Part shown: piece by piece, positions 11,046 through 20,686 of the stretch
Layout of the letters: the number at the start of each line of letters is the position of its first letter
Numbering within the stretch: position 1 is the first letter of the stretch
Assembly: GCA_963807635.1 (NCBI GenBank)
Contig: CAWEDJ010000069.1
Location: 38,348-102,347, forward strand
Direction: 5' to 3'
DNA from: an uncultured cyanobacterium
Lineage (GTDB): Bacteria; Cyanobacteriota; Cyanobacteriia; Cyanobacteriales; Microcystaceae
DNA length: 64,000 nt
Translations under genes and position numbers: made by a program
The notes under the pieces: generated by a model
Told to the model about the DNA's origin: nothing
Databases searched by the model: none
Seen by the model: the letters and a program-made list of their open reading frames with translations, nothing else

Positions 11046-11879
11046 ATGTCCAGTGTTTCTGAAAACCTCGAACCCAATTCCCAAGCGATTCTTGACGCGC
11101 TCCAGCATTTAATTGAGGTGGTGGCTAAACTGCGATCGCCTGATGGCGGATGTCCCTGGGATTTAGAGCAAACCCAGCAAACTCTGATTCCCTACATTAT
11201 TGAAGAAGCCTACGAAACCGTTCATGCGATCAAAAGTCAAGACCAAAACGCGCTCGCGGAAGAATTAGGAGATTTACTGTTACAAGTGGTATTGCAAGCC
11301 CAAGTTGCTCAGGATTCGGGCTATTTTAGCCTCAAAGAAGTCGCCCAGGGCATTACGGAAAAACTCATCCGTCGTCATCCCCATGTCTTTGGAGAAATCG
11401 AAGTGGATAGCGTAGAAACCGTTAAGGAAAATTGGGAGAAGATTAAAGCGACGGAAAAGGGAATTAATCCAGAAGAAAAACAACTTTTAAGTGCGAAATT
11501 AACCCGTTATACCCAAAACTTACCACCTTTAATGGCAGGCACTAAAATTTCCCAAAAAGCGGCGACTGTTGGTTTTGAGTGGGAAAATATTGAAGGCGTC
11601 TGGGAAAAATTTGAAGAAGAATTGGCAGAATTTAAGGAGGCTTTACAAACAGAAGATAAACAACATCAAGAATCCGAATTAGGCGATCTATTTTTTACCT
11701 TAATTAATTTAGCTCGTTGGTATCAACTTAATCCTTCGGATGCTTTGGATGGAACCAACCAACGCTTTATTCAACGTTTATCTTTGATGGAAAACTTTGC
11801 TGATAAACCCTTACAGGATTATACGTTAGGTGAATTAGAAAGCCTCTGGAAAAAAGCCAAATATAAACTTAATCATTGA
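11046..11879 (+). CDS. mazG: Nucleoside triphosphate pyrophosphohydrolase MazG
   Basis: GCPWDLEQT, IEEAYE, EELGDLLLQV, KLIRRHPHVF and a second ELGD motif. Confidence 0.93.
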   Translation: MSSVSENLEPNSQAILDALQHLIEVVAKLRSPDGGCPWDLEQTQQTLIPYIIEEAYETVHAIKSQDQNALAEELGDLLLQVVLQAQVAQDSGYFSLKEVAQGITEKLIRRHPHVFGEIEVDSVETVKENWEKIKATEKGINPEEKQLLSAKLTRYTQNLPPLMAGTKISQKAATVGFEWENIEGVWEKFEEELAEFKEALQTEDKQHQESELGDLFFTLINLARWYQLNPSDALDGTNQRFIQRLSLMENFADKPLQDYTLGELESLWKKAKYKLNH

Positions 11880-11920
11880 TTTTTTATAACGAAGATACAG
11901 ATCTTTGTGTGTAAACTGAG

Positions 11921-11949
11921 CAAAGGACATAATACCATTATGTCCCTAC
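11921..11949 (-). repeat. GTAG-type REP-like palindrome between convergent mazG and bioD
   Basis: The minus strand reads GTAGGGACATAATGGTATTATGTCCTTTG, with a GGACATAAT/ATTATGTCC stem. Confidence 0.5.
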
Positions 11950-11972
11950 AAATCAATGCAATCTACTGTTAA

Positions 11973-12674
11973 TTATTGAAGATTAGTAGGTTCTAATCCC
12001 AGTTTCTCCCAATTTAAGTTTGTCGCAACTTTCGCTAAATAATCTAAATCTTTTAATTGCTCAGAGGATAAATAAGGTAATACTCCCAAAACGGGTAATT
12101 GGGTTAAACTTTGGATTAAATTCGTCGGAGCCCAATCTTCTATTTTTTCTTCTGCTTCTGGTTTATTACAACTTAAAATAATGCCTTTTAACGTCACTTT
12201 GGTTTGGCGAGCTAGAGCAACATTAGCTACTGCCTGCGCGATCGCACCTAATTTGACGGGAACCACTAACACCGCGTCTAAATGCCATAAACCTGCCAAA
12301 TCTGCCACCGTTAATTCAGCCGTCACAGGAGAACCCAAGCCGCCCAAAGCCTCCACTAAAACCCATTCATGGTTATTTTGTAATTGGGTTAACGTTTGCC
12401 AAACGACATCCAAGGCGATCGCTTTATTTTCTCTTTCTGCGGCAATGGGTGGAGCAACGGGTTCTTTAAACTTCAGAGGAGTGACAATTTCCCAAGTGTC
12501 TTTCTGAGCAAAAAGAGATTGATAATGTTCATCATCGCCAACTCCCGTTTGTAACAATTTCATTAACCCCAAAGAGCGATCGGAGCGGTATTGATGCCAA
12601 TAGGCCGCCAAAACTGTTGTTAAGACGGTCTTGCCTACATCCGTATCTGTTCCCGTAATCAATAATGTTTTCAT
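11973..12674 (-). CDS. bioD: Dethiobiotin synthetase
   Basis: ITGTDTDVGKT, VEALGGL and KLGAI. Confidence 0.92.
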   Translation of the reverse strand: MKTLLITGTDTDVGKTVLTTVLAAYWHQYRSDRSLGLMKLLQTGVGDDEHYQSLFAQKDTWEIVTPLKFKEPVAPPIAAERENKAIALDVVWQTLTQLQNNHEWVLVEALGGLGSPVTAELTVADLAGLWHLDAVLVVPVKLGAIAQAVANVALARQTKVTLKGIILSCNKPEAEEKIEDWAPTNLIQSLTQLPVLGVLPYLSSEQLKDLDYLAKVATNLNWEKLGLEPTNLQ

Positions 12675-12902
12675 CGGTTTAAAATGGATCGAATCCCGAA
12701 AATTCAACCACAGAAATAAGTTCAGTAAATTTGTTTAACTTTAAATAATCTTTAAATCAGTTTTATCGCGTTTCTACGGAGTTAAATGGGTGGGTGATCA
12801 TTAAAAGTAAAGTTATCATTAAGAATGTCCAAACTAATAACTCAGAACAAACCAAACTCTGAGAAAATTAGAAAGCTATGAGTTGGGGGAAGAGTTCCTG
12901 TC

Positions 12903-13894
12903 GTGACCCGTACTGCTACTTTAACACGTCAGTCGATGCTGTCATCGCTGTCTGATAATAATCGTCTGCGTCTTTTTTCTGGATCGGCTAATTTTCCGTT
13001 ATCGCAAGAAATTGCCCGTTATTTGGGAATGGATATCGGCCCGATGTTACGAAAACGTTTTGCCGATGGAGAACTGTATATCCAGATCCAGGAATCCATT
13101 CGGGGGGGGGATGTGTACCTCATTCAACCGAGTTGTCATCCCGTCAACGACAACTTGATGGAACTGCTGATTATGGTTGATGCTTGCCGTAGAGCCTCCG
13201 CCCGTCAAATCACCGCCGTTATTCCCTACTATGGATACGCTAGAGCCGATCGCAAAACCGCAGGACGGGAATCGATCGCGGCAAAATTAGTCGCTAACCT
13301 GATCACCGAAGCAGGAGCGCAACGAGTTCTCGCAATGGATCTGCATTCTGCTCAAATTCAGGGCTATTTTGATATTCCCTTTGATCATGTCTATGGATCT
13401 CCCGTTATTATTGATTATTTACTCAGCAAAAAATTGAGTGATTTAGTGGTGGTTTCTCCCGATGTGGGAGGGGTTGCCCGTGCTGGGCCTTTGCCAAAAA
13501 ATTAAATGAGGCTCCCTTAGCCATTATTGATAAACGTCGCCAGTCCCATAATGTAGCCGAGGTTTTGAATCTCATTGGGGATGTACAGGGAAAAACGGCG
13601 GTTCTCGTGGACGATATGATCGACACGGCGGGAACCATTCAAGAGGGAGCTAGACTCCTAAAGGCACGGGGAGCAAGACAGGTTTATGCCTGTGCAACTC
13701 ACGCGGTTTTCTCTGAACCAGCGATTTCTCGGTTATCGAGTGGCTTTTTGGAAGAAGTGATCGTCACCAATACGATTCCTATTCCTGAAGATCATAATTT
13801 TCCCCAATTAACGGTTCTGTCGGTGGCGAATCTCTTGGGTGAAGCCATTTGGCGGATTCATGAAGATACTTCTGTAAGTAGTATGTTCCGTTAA
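12903..13894 (+). CDS. prs: Ribose-phosphate pyrophosphokinase; frameshift near 13483
   Basis: FADGE, YYGYARADRK, DLHSAQIQG and VSPDVGG, then VDDMIDTAGT and ATHAVFS in the next frame. Confidence 0.92.
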
Positions 13895-14047
13895 TTTTTC
13901 GTAAAATCTTCTTCTTTTGTTGCGATCGCGATTTTTGTGACCATATTTTTGTGACCATAGAAGTGTGTGAGTCTACTCTCCGAAATCCGTAAAATATCTT
14001 TGCGGATTTTTATTTTGTCAATTTATTGTTATTATTCTTAATAGTGT

Positions 14048-14065
14048 GTTACATTTATTTACATA
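14048..14065 (+). promoter_or_regulatory. HLR1 (RpaB-binding) motif upstream of hliA
   Basis: GTTACATT-TA-TTTACATA, a perfect consensus match. Confidence 0.85.
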
Positions 14066-14095
14066 AGGCAAAACATTAAATTAAGGAAATCAGTC

Positions 14096-14314
14096 ATGGC
14101 AAGTAATACTCGTGGATTTAGACTCGACTCTGATAATCGTCTCAACAACTTCGCGATCGAACCCCAAGTTTACGTTGATGAAACCGTACAAGCAGGTTGG
14201 ACTGAATATGCAGAGAAAATGAATGGACGCTTTGCCATGATTGGCTTTGTTTCTCTCTTAGCAATGGAAGTAATTACGGGTCACGGTCTTATTGGTTGGT
14301 TAACCAGTCTTTAG
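14096..14314 (+). CDS. hliA: High-light-inducible protein (HliA/ScpC type), near-identical paralogue of 6368-6586
   Basis: Same 72-aa frame with [13 protein letters not shown]. The A/B naming rests only on the absence of lilA downstream. Confidence 0.8.
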   Translation: MASNTRGFRLDSDNRLNNFAIEPQVYVDETVQAGWTEYAEKMNGRFAMIGFVSLLAMEVITGHGLIGWLTSL

Positions 14315-14497
14315 TCTTTTAGTATATTGGCGATCGCTCACTCATACTAAACGAGATTACCTGACTCAGGTAAATGCTCCTATTAGGGCGGACTAAAGCG
14401 ATAGAAATAAACGACACCAATATTTTTTATAACATTAATTTATATAATGTAGTTTTTAAGTTTTAACTCACTTTTCAACAATGAACTTTTTGTAACT

Positions 14498-14524
14498 CTT
14501 CCCTATTACTGGGAGGAGTTTTTT
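14498..14524 (+). terminator. Putative intrinsic terminator between hliA and aroH
   Basis: CTCTTCCC...GGGAGGAG stem followed by a T-run. Confidence 0.5.
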
Positions 14525-14564
14525 GTTATTGAGTCCCAGATAATATTGATGATTAAATTGATAG

Positions 14565-14948
14565 TTAATTGACCTGGGCTAAATAGAGATCGGGTCTCAA
14601 ATTTTGGGCCTGTCGGAGATAGGAATGATGGATTTCTGCCTGGGTTTTAGGGGTATTGATATAAATTAACACTCGAATACATTTTTCTAAGCTACCTTCT
14701 ACAGCCATCTGTTGCACATCCAAGAGAGGTACATTGTCCCATTTGGGTCTTTCCCTGGCGATCGCGGCGGGAAAAATCGCATCGAGATCGCGGGTAGTCG
14801 TAAAAATCACACTAACAATCTCTTCAGGATCAACTTGATTGCGGAATTCGATTGCGTCTAACAATTCACTGACAGCTTCTCGGATAGGGGGGATCGCATT
14901 TTCTGAAACCGTTGTTGCTCCCCGAATTGCCCGCACTTTCCACTCCAC
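14565..14948 (-). CDS. aroH: Chorismate mutase, AroH class (GTG start at 14948)
   Basis: VRAIRGATT, DLDAIFPAAIAR, CIRVLI and YLRQAQNLRPD. Confidence 0.9.
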   Translation of the reverse strand: MEWKVRAIRGATTVSENAIPPIREAVSELLDAIEFRNQVDPEEIVSVIFTTTRDLDAIFPAAIARERPKWDNVPLLDVQQMAVEGSLEKCIRVLIYINTPKTQAEIHHSYLRQAQNLRPDLYLAQVN

Positions 14949-15076
14949 AGTCCTTGACCTCCAGCGTATCAAAATCAATTTTAAGCATATCACTGCTAGG
15001 CAATTGACCCACAGAAAATTGCGATCAATTTCCGATTTTTAGATCAAGTGTCTCGATTAAGTCGCGATCGCCGAAT

Positions 15077-15415
15077 TCAGACAGATTCAACAGACAATTG
15101 GGAAGGAATGACCGTGAGAATGTGGTGCAGATCTTCCCGTACCTTAAATTCTTCTAATCGTTGGATGACTTGTCCTTGGGCAAATAGCAGTAGGGTAGGC
15201 AAATTTTTCAGACGATAGGTATTAGCCAATTGAAAATTACTATCAGCATTAACATTGACGACCATTAGATGGTCTCCCCAATCCGATTGCAATTTGGCTA
15301 AAACTGGATTTACAAAGCGACATAACCCGCACCAGGGTGTCCAGAAATAAACTAGAACAGGTTTGGGAGATTCTAAAACGGTTTCGTTAAATGTCTTTTC
15401 ATTAACGGACAACAT
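15077..15415 (-). CDS. trxC: Atypical cyanobacterial thioredoxin C
   Basis: WCGLC active site, which is characteristic of TrxC. Confidence 0.8.
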   Translation of the reverse strand: MLSVNEKTFNETVLESPKPVLVYFWTPWCGLCRFVNPVLAKLQSDWGDHLMVVNVNADSNFQLANTYRLKNLPTLLLFAQGQVIQRLEEFKVREDLHHILTVIPSQLSVESV

Positions 15416-15672
15416 TGGATGCAGTCTCGATAACTTATCCAAGATCATGCTACAACTAATCGGGATCAAGGGGAATAGATAATTTCGATATTACCTGCCC
15501 AAAAATTGATGGCTAAGTAGATAGGATATTGATAGGAGTGTGGCAGCGATTTTTGTGAGACAACTTTGGAGCTGTTAGGGATAACGAGTAAGGCAGAAGT
15601 TCAATCGCTAAATCTAATTGAATTTTGGTAAGATATTTGATCTAACAAACCCTTAGAAACCAGTCTGAATCC

Positions 15673-16317
15673 TTGCCTTATTATTCTCAGTATGCCAACA
15701 CTTTTTCAGCAACCTATCTTAGGGAGTTGCAGGGAGAAATTTTAGCCTGTCCCTATTTTGCTGTTAATAATCTCAATCGGGATTTTGTGAATACCAAGGG
15801 TTTTTCGGTGGTTTTTCGGCGATCGCATTTAGCCACCGTTGAACAAAAATTTCCCTATTTTAAACCCTATTTAGACCGTGCTTTGTTACCTGAATGTAAT
15901 GCTTTTTATCTTAATCCTTTGTTGTTAAAGACGGGTTCTAAAGTTGATCCCCACATTGATCGATCGCTCCGTTCCTATTGCAAAACTATTAACCCGCCGT
16001 TGTTTGTTAGTGTTCTCTATGTGGAGGTTCCCTCGGATTTAGTGGGAGGAGAATTAATTTTGCGATCGCCGAAACGTCAGGTGGGAAAAATTGTACCTCA
16101 ATCTAATACATTGTTATATTTTCAGGGTGATCTCACCCATTCGGTTAATCCCGTCAGCAGTCGGGCAATTCGTCTGAGTCTGGTTTGTGAGCAATATAGT
16201 TTAGAAGATGAGCAATTGGAAGAAATTCCGACTTTTCAGATAGAGTCTAGGGTAAACCCCGTTGAAAGACAGAAAAAGAAACCAGGCAAAACGCGATCGC
16301 AAAGCGGCACTGTGTGA
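15673..16317 (+). CDS. 2OG-Fe(II) oxygenase family protein
   Basis: HID (HxD), GGEL, distal H in THSV, and RLSLV. Confidence 0.8.
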   Translation: MPYYSQYANTFSATYLRELQGEILACPYFAVNNLNRDFVNTKGFSVVFRRSHLATVEQKFPYFKPYLDRALLPECNAFYLNPLLLKTGSKVDPHIDRSLRSYCKTINPPLFVSVLYVEVPSDLVGGELILRSPKRQVGKIVPQSNTLLYFQGDLTHSVNPVSSRAIRLSLVCEQYSLEDEQLEEIPTFQIESRVNPVERQKKKPGKTRSQSGTV

Positions 16318-16321
16318 TCGC
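16293..16321 (+). repeat. HIP1-flanked 21-nt short dispersed repeat (SDR5-like), copy 1
   Basis: GCGATCGC-AAAGCGGCACTGT-GTGATCGC; a similar copy lies at 23398-23426. Confidence 0.65.
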
Positions 16322-16392
16322 ATTTTATTTAAGAAAGCAATCGCTTTTTAAGTGTATTTGAAAAAGACTTACTAAAATAGTTAAACAAAAAG

Positions 16393-17085
16393 ATGAAAAT
16401 TTTAATCATTGAAGATGATGATCGCATCGCAAAACCCTTAGCAAAAGATTTAAGATATCAACACCATACCGTTGACTTAGCTAAAGATGGTCTCGAAGGT
16501 TGGGAATATAGTCAAGCGACGAAGTATGACCTAATTTTATTAGATTTAATGTTACCTAAATTTGATGGAATTACTTTATGTAAAAAATTGCGAGAGAGTA
16601 AATGTCAAGCTTTAATTTTGATGCTAACAGCTAGAGATACCACTCAAGATAAGGTCATTGGTTTAGACGCTGGGGCAGATGATTATTTAGTTAAACCTTT
16701 TAAATTAGAAGAGTTATCTGCTAGGATCAGAGCTTTATCTCGGCGACACTCAGAGCTTATGCCTGCAAATTTAAGTCATGGCAAACTACAATTAAATCCG
16801 AGTAATCAAGAAGTAACTTATGATGGTAAAATTCTAATTTTAACACCTAAAGAATATATGATTTTAGAATATTTTCTTAAGCATCCCAATCAAGTATTAA
16901 GTCGTTCAGCAATTTTAGATAAACTTTGGAATTTTGAAGATTCATCAGGAGAAGAAACGATTAGAACCCATATCACTAACTTACGAAAAAAAATCAAAAG
17001 CGCAGGTAGCCCAGAAGATTTTATTGAAACAGTCTATGGCATTGGTTATAGATTAATTCCTGTCACTGACAATACTGAAAAATAA
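16393..17085 (+). CDS. OmpR-family response regulator
   Basis: IIEDD, LDLMLP, GADDYLVKPF and the winged-helix end IETVYGIGY. Confidence 0.93.
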   Translation: MKILIIEDDDRIAKPLAKDLRYQHHTVDLAKDGLEGWEYSQATKYDLILLDLMLPKFDGITLCKKLRESKCQALILMLTARDTTQDKVIGLDAGADDYLVKPFKLEELSARIRALSRRHSELMPANLSHGKLQLNPSNQEVTYDGKILILTPKEYMILEYFLKHPNQVLSRSAILDKLWNFEDSSGEETIRTHITNLRKKIKSAGSPEDFIETVYGIGYRLIPVTDNTEK

Positions 17086-17129
17086 TTTTATTAATTAGCT
17101 CAACTCTTTATTGAAACCTATTTTAGATT

Positions 17130-18377
17130 TTGTTTAAACAGACTCGTTACCAACTACTATTATCATATCTTTTGATTTTCGCGACTATTCTAGGCGTATT
17201 TGCTTTGGGTGTTCGTTGGGCCTTTTCCTATAGTTTAAAACAACAAATTATTAGCAAATTAAGAGTATTAGGTCAAGGAATTTCCTCTGGTGTCGAATGG
17301 GAACATAATCAAATAAAAACAGATAATGATTTTAATGTTGAGAAATTACTCAATCAAAATCAATCACTGCAATGGTTCGATTCTCAAGGAAAATTATTAT
17401 CAAACCAGGGAAAAACTTTAATTAATCTGCCTTTATTTAAAGAAAATTCTGGAAAATTTCAAGAAGAAAATTCTAAAGTTCAAGTTGTTATTCTGCCCAT
17501 TATTGATAGTGACAATAATAGGTTAATTGGTTATCTCAGAGTGAGTCAATCCTTAGAAGAACTCCATGAAATTGTAGAAAAGCTGGATTGGGGTTTAGGG
17601 ATAGGAATTATAGTAGCTTTGGTCTTAAGTGGTGTTGGTGGAATTATTTTAACGAATCAAGCAATGCGACCGATTGAAGATAGTTTTAAACGCTTAAAAC
17701 AGTTTACAGCCGATGCTTCCCATGAATTTCGGAGTCCTTTGATGGCGATCGCCAGTAATGTGGAGGTTTCCCTTAAATATCCCGTAGGAATGAGAGAAAC
17801 AGACCGAGAAAGTTTTGAGGTGATCGCAAGTGCAACCAATCAAATGACTCAGTTAACGGAAGGATTGCTTTTGTTAGCAAGGACAGAAAACAATAATATT
17901 GATCAACAAGAAATAGTCAATTTAAAAACGATTATTGAAGAATTAGTTGAATTTTATCGACCTCAATTTACTGGAAAAAATATTAATTTAAAAACTGAAT
18001 TAGATCAGTCCTTGTCGATTCAAGGTAATGCTGTGCAACTATCTAGACTTTTTAGTAATTTAATTGAAAATGCTCTCCACTATACCCCCGTAGAAGGATT
18101 AATTGAAATCCAAGGAAAGCAAAAAAAAGATTTTATTGAAATTCAAATAAAAGATACGGGGATAGGCATCGCAACGGAAAATTTAGATAAAATTTTTGAA
18201 CGATTTTGGAGAGCAGATACTTCTCGATCCTATTGGGATGGTGGTTCTGGTTTAGGATTATCAATTGTTGATGCGATCGCCCAAAATTATGGAGGAAAAA
18301 TTACTGTTACCAGTCAATTGGAGATCGGCAGTTGTTTTACGGTTTCTTTACCGATTAATCTCCGATCTAATCTTTGA
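17130..18377 (+). CDS. Membrane sensor histidine kinase
   Basis: Two TM segments, ASHEFRSPL, NLIENALHY, DTGIG and GSGLGL. Confidence 0.92.
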   Translation: MFKQTRYQLLLSYLLIFATILGVFALGVRWAFSYSLKQQIISKLRVLGQGISSGVEWEHNQIKTDNDFNVEKLLNQNQSLQWFDSQGKLLSNQGKTLINLPLFKENSGKFQEENSKVQVVILPIIDSDNNRLIGYLRVSQSLEELHEIVEKLDWGLGIGIIVALVLSGVGGIILTNQAMRPIEDSFKRLKQFTADASHEFRSPLMAIASNVEVSLKYPVGMRETDRESFEVIASATNQMTQLTEGLLLLARTENNNIDQQEIVNLKTIIEELVEFYRPQFTGKNINLKTELDQSLSIQGNAVQLSRLFSNLIENALHYTPVEGLIEIQGKQKKDFIEIQIKDTGIGIATENLDKIFERFWRADTSRSYWDGGSGLGLSIVDAIAQNYGGKITVTSQLEIGSCFTVSLPINLRSNL

Positions 18378-19119
18378 GAACCCTAATTGGAGCAAGTTTT
18401 CTTTGTTGTAGCGTCGTAAAAATAATACAGACTCCCAAAATAGACAGTAGAACAATCGAAGAACCAATCGTGCCATAGCCCAAGCCTCCTTTTTCGTGAG
18501 GTTTTGTTAAAAAATCTCCTAACGTTGCACCAAAGGGACGAGTGAGAACAAAGGCAATCCAGAACAACAAAATACCAGAAATTCGAGTATGATAATGAGC
18601 CGCTAATACAATTGCAAGTAAGCCAGAAATAAGCAATGCTCCACCCGCAAATCCAAGACCTGAACTATCTGCTAAAAAGTCTCCTAAAGCTGTTCCCAAG
18701 GTATTAGAAAAAAGAATCGTAATCCAATAAAGGATTTCAATTTTGGGGGTTTTAACGTTATCAACTGAGAGTGAGCCTAGCGTAAATCGCCAAAAAGCTA
18801 AGGTTGCCAAAAGAATGGTCACTAAAATAGCCGATCCTGTCGCGTATCCCAATCCCAAAGTACGATCCATAAAATCTGATATGGTTGTGCCAGCCGTACT
18901 CGTTGAAAGAATGACAGTCCAATACAGCAATGGGTTGTATTTTTTTGACATTAATTGAGTAACCAGAGTGACTAAAAAGATACTAATCAAGATAGTAGAA
19001 CTCATTGCATAGCCTATCTTTAGGGTCATCGATAATAGATCGCCTGCTGTTTCGCCAAGGGTCGTAGCGCAGATCTTCATGATCCAGAAAAAAGCGGTAA
19101 TTTGGGGAAGTTTACTCAT
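18367..19119 (-). CDS. COG4705/DUF347 multi-pass membrane protein
   Basis: Repeated units KICATTLGETAGD, STAGTTISD, NTLGTALGD and TRPFGATLGD. Confidence 0.82.
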   Translation of the reverse strand: MSKLPQITAFFWIMKICATTLGETAGDLLSMTLKIGYAMSSTILISIFLVTLVTQLMSKKYNPLLYWTVILSTSTAGTTISDFMDRTLGLGYATGSAILVTILLATLAFWRFTLGSLSVDNVKTPKIEILYWITILFSNTLGTALGDFLADSSGLGFAGGALLISGLLAIVLAAHYHTRISGILLFWIAFVLTRPFGATLGDFLTKPHEKGGLGYGTIGSSIVLLSILGVCIIFTTLQQRKLAPIRVLKD

Positions 19120-19272
19120 TTTACTCCGAGTTATTGTTGAATAATCCTATGTTGTTTGACTTAATTTATCCTAAAGATCAAAAGTCAAGAACTTTAAAAT
19201 ATTTGGCTAGGAATCAGAGTTTTTTATCTAAATTCCTAGCTACAGTTTTAGAGAGCTAAAAGTTTAAAAAGC

Positions 19273-19488
19273 CTATTTTTTTCCGTCATCGTTGGTTTCA
19301 CCGTCATCATCAGAATCCTCTGTCTCTTGATCCTGTTGATGGTTTGGCGCGATCGCCTTGATGCTTGCTGGTTTAACTGACTCGCCTAAATTTGGGATCT
19401 GGGTGGCATGAACTGCCTTAATTAAAGTCCCCGCCCCTAAAATACCGAATAAAGCGATAGTTAAGCCGATTTTAGCTGAATTTTTCAT
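19273..19488 (-). CDS. Small secreted or membrane-anchored protein with an acidic tail
   Basis: Signal-peptide-like N-terminus, GGAAG RBS-like sequence upstream, and C-terminal QETEDSDDDGETNDD. Confidence 0.6.
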   Translation of the reverse strand: MKNSAKIGLTIALFGILGAGTLIKAVHATQIPNLGESVKPASIKAIAPNHQQDQETEDSDDDGETNDDGKK

Positions 19489-19679
19489 GATTTTCTTCCT
19501 CGATTGGAGTTGATAACCATACTTTAGGGAAGAAATATAAAGAACTTAGAAAGTTTGGCATTATTTATTGCAAATCAAAAAATCAACACAAGTTTGAAGA
19601 TATATCAAGGAAATTCTGGGGATCATCATAGACTGCGAAAATGGAATTAATGCAAATCAATCCCTAACGGTGTTATTTC

Positions 19680-20642
19680 ATGCTCCCGAACGAAATGTCA
19701 ATCCTATCAGTTAAGGAAATTCCTGAGAAAAAAGCGATCGCCTATCAGGATTTTAATTGTTTGCAAACCCTAACGGGACATTCAGGATCGGTCTATGCGG
19801 TAACCTTGACCCCCGATAACCAGCAAATTGTGAGTTGGAGTTTAGATAAAACCTTAAAAATCTGGAATTTAGCAACGGGAGACTGTTTGAGGACGCAAGC
19901 GGGCTTTTCGAGTGTAAATTCTTTCAGTATTACGCCGAACGGTAAAACCTTAATTAGTGCGAGTTGGGATGAAACCTTGACGCTGTGGGAATTGGCAACG
20001 GGAAAATGCTTGCAACGTTTAGCCAACTTGACGGGAGAAGACGCTTTTGTCAGTTCTATGGTGATTACCGCAGATGGAAAGAAAATTATCAGTAGTAGTT
20101 GGGATAAAACCCTTAAAATCTGGGATTTGGAGACGGGAGAGTGCCTGAGCCAACTGGAAGGACATATTGGGGATGTGAACTCCGTGATTTTAAGTCCCGA
20201 TGGTCAACAGATTTTTAGTGGCAGTTGGGATGCAACCATTCGGCGTTGGGATCTGGCAACGGGTGAATGCTTGCAAATTCTCAAAAGCCGCTCCCATCAA
20301 TTTGATTGTTTAGCGATCGCGCCCGATGGACAAACCCTCGTAGCCTCTAGTAAGGATAAGGCTCTAACTTTTTGGGATTTAGCGACAGGCAAACGTTTAA
20401 AAATTATTCGGGGTCATTCCAAAGAAATTGTCGGTATTTTGATCACTCCCGACGGAAAAACCCTCATTACGGCGAGTTGGGATGAAACGATCCGCTTTTC
20501 AGACTTGGCAACAGGAGACTGTTTTAAAATTCTCAAAGGACATTCAGGTAGAATTTGGGCGATCGCCTTAACTAGGGACGGCCAAACTTTGGTGAGTGGT
20601 AGTCAGGATAAAACCATCAAAATTTGGGGAATAAGTCCTTAA
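19680..20642 (+). CDS. WD40 repeat protein
   Basis: About seven GH...S.D.T.KIW repeats. Confidence 0.92.
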   Translation: MLPNEMSILSVKEIPEKKAIAYQDFNCLQTLTGHSGSVYAVTLTPDNQQIVSWSLDKTLKIWNLATGDCLRTQAGFSSVNSFSITPNGKTLISASWDETLTLWELATGKCLQRLANLTGEDAFVSSMVITADGKKIISSSWDKTLKIWDLETGECLSQLEGHIGDVNSVILSPDGQQIFSGSWDATIRRWDLATGECLQILKSRSHQFDCLAIAPDGQTLVASSKDKALTFWDLATGKRLKIIRGHSKEIVGILITPDGKTLITASWDETIRFSDLATGDCFKILKGHSGRIWAIALTRDGQTLVSGSQDKTIKIWGISP

Positions 20643-20686
20643 TGCGGCATTCCCCAAAGATTTAGTTTTTAAATTGAATCCTCTCG

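Noticed and set aside
11046..11879. MazG as an anti-phage or toxin-antitoxin component
   Set aside because: It is the ordinary two-domain housekeeping MazG in a core-gene context with no defence partners nearby.
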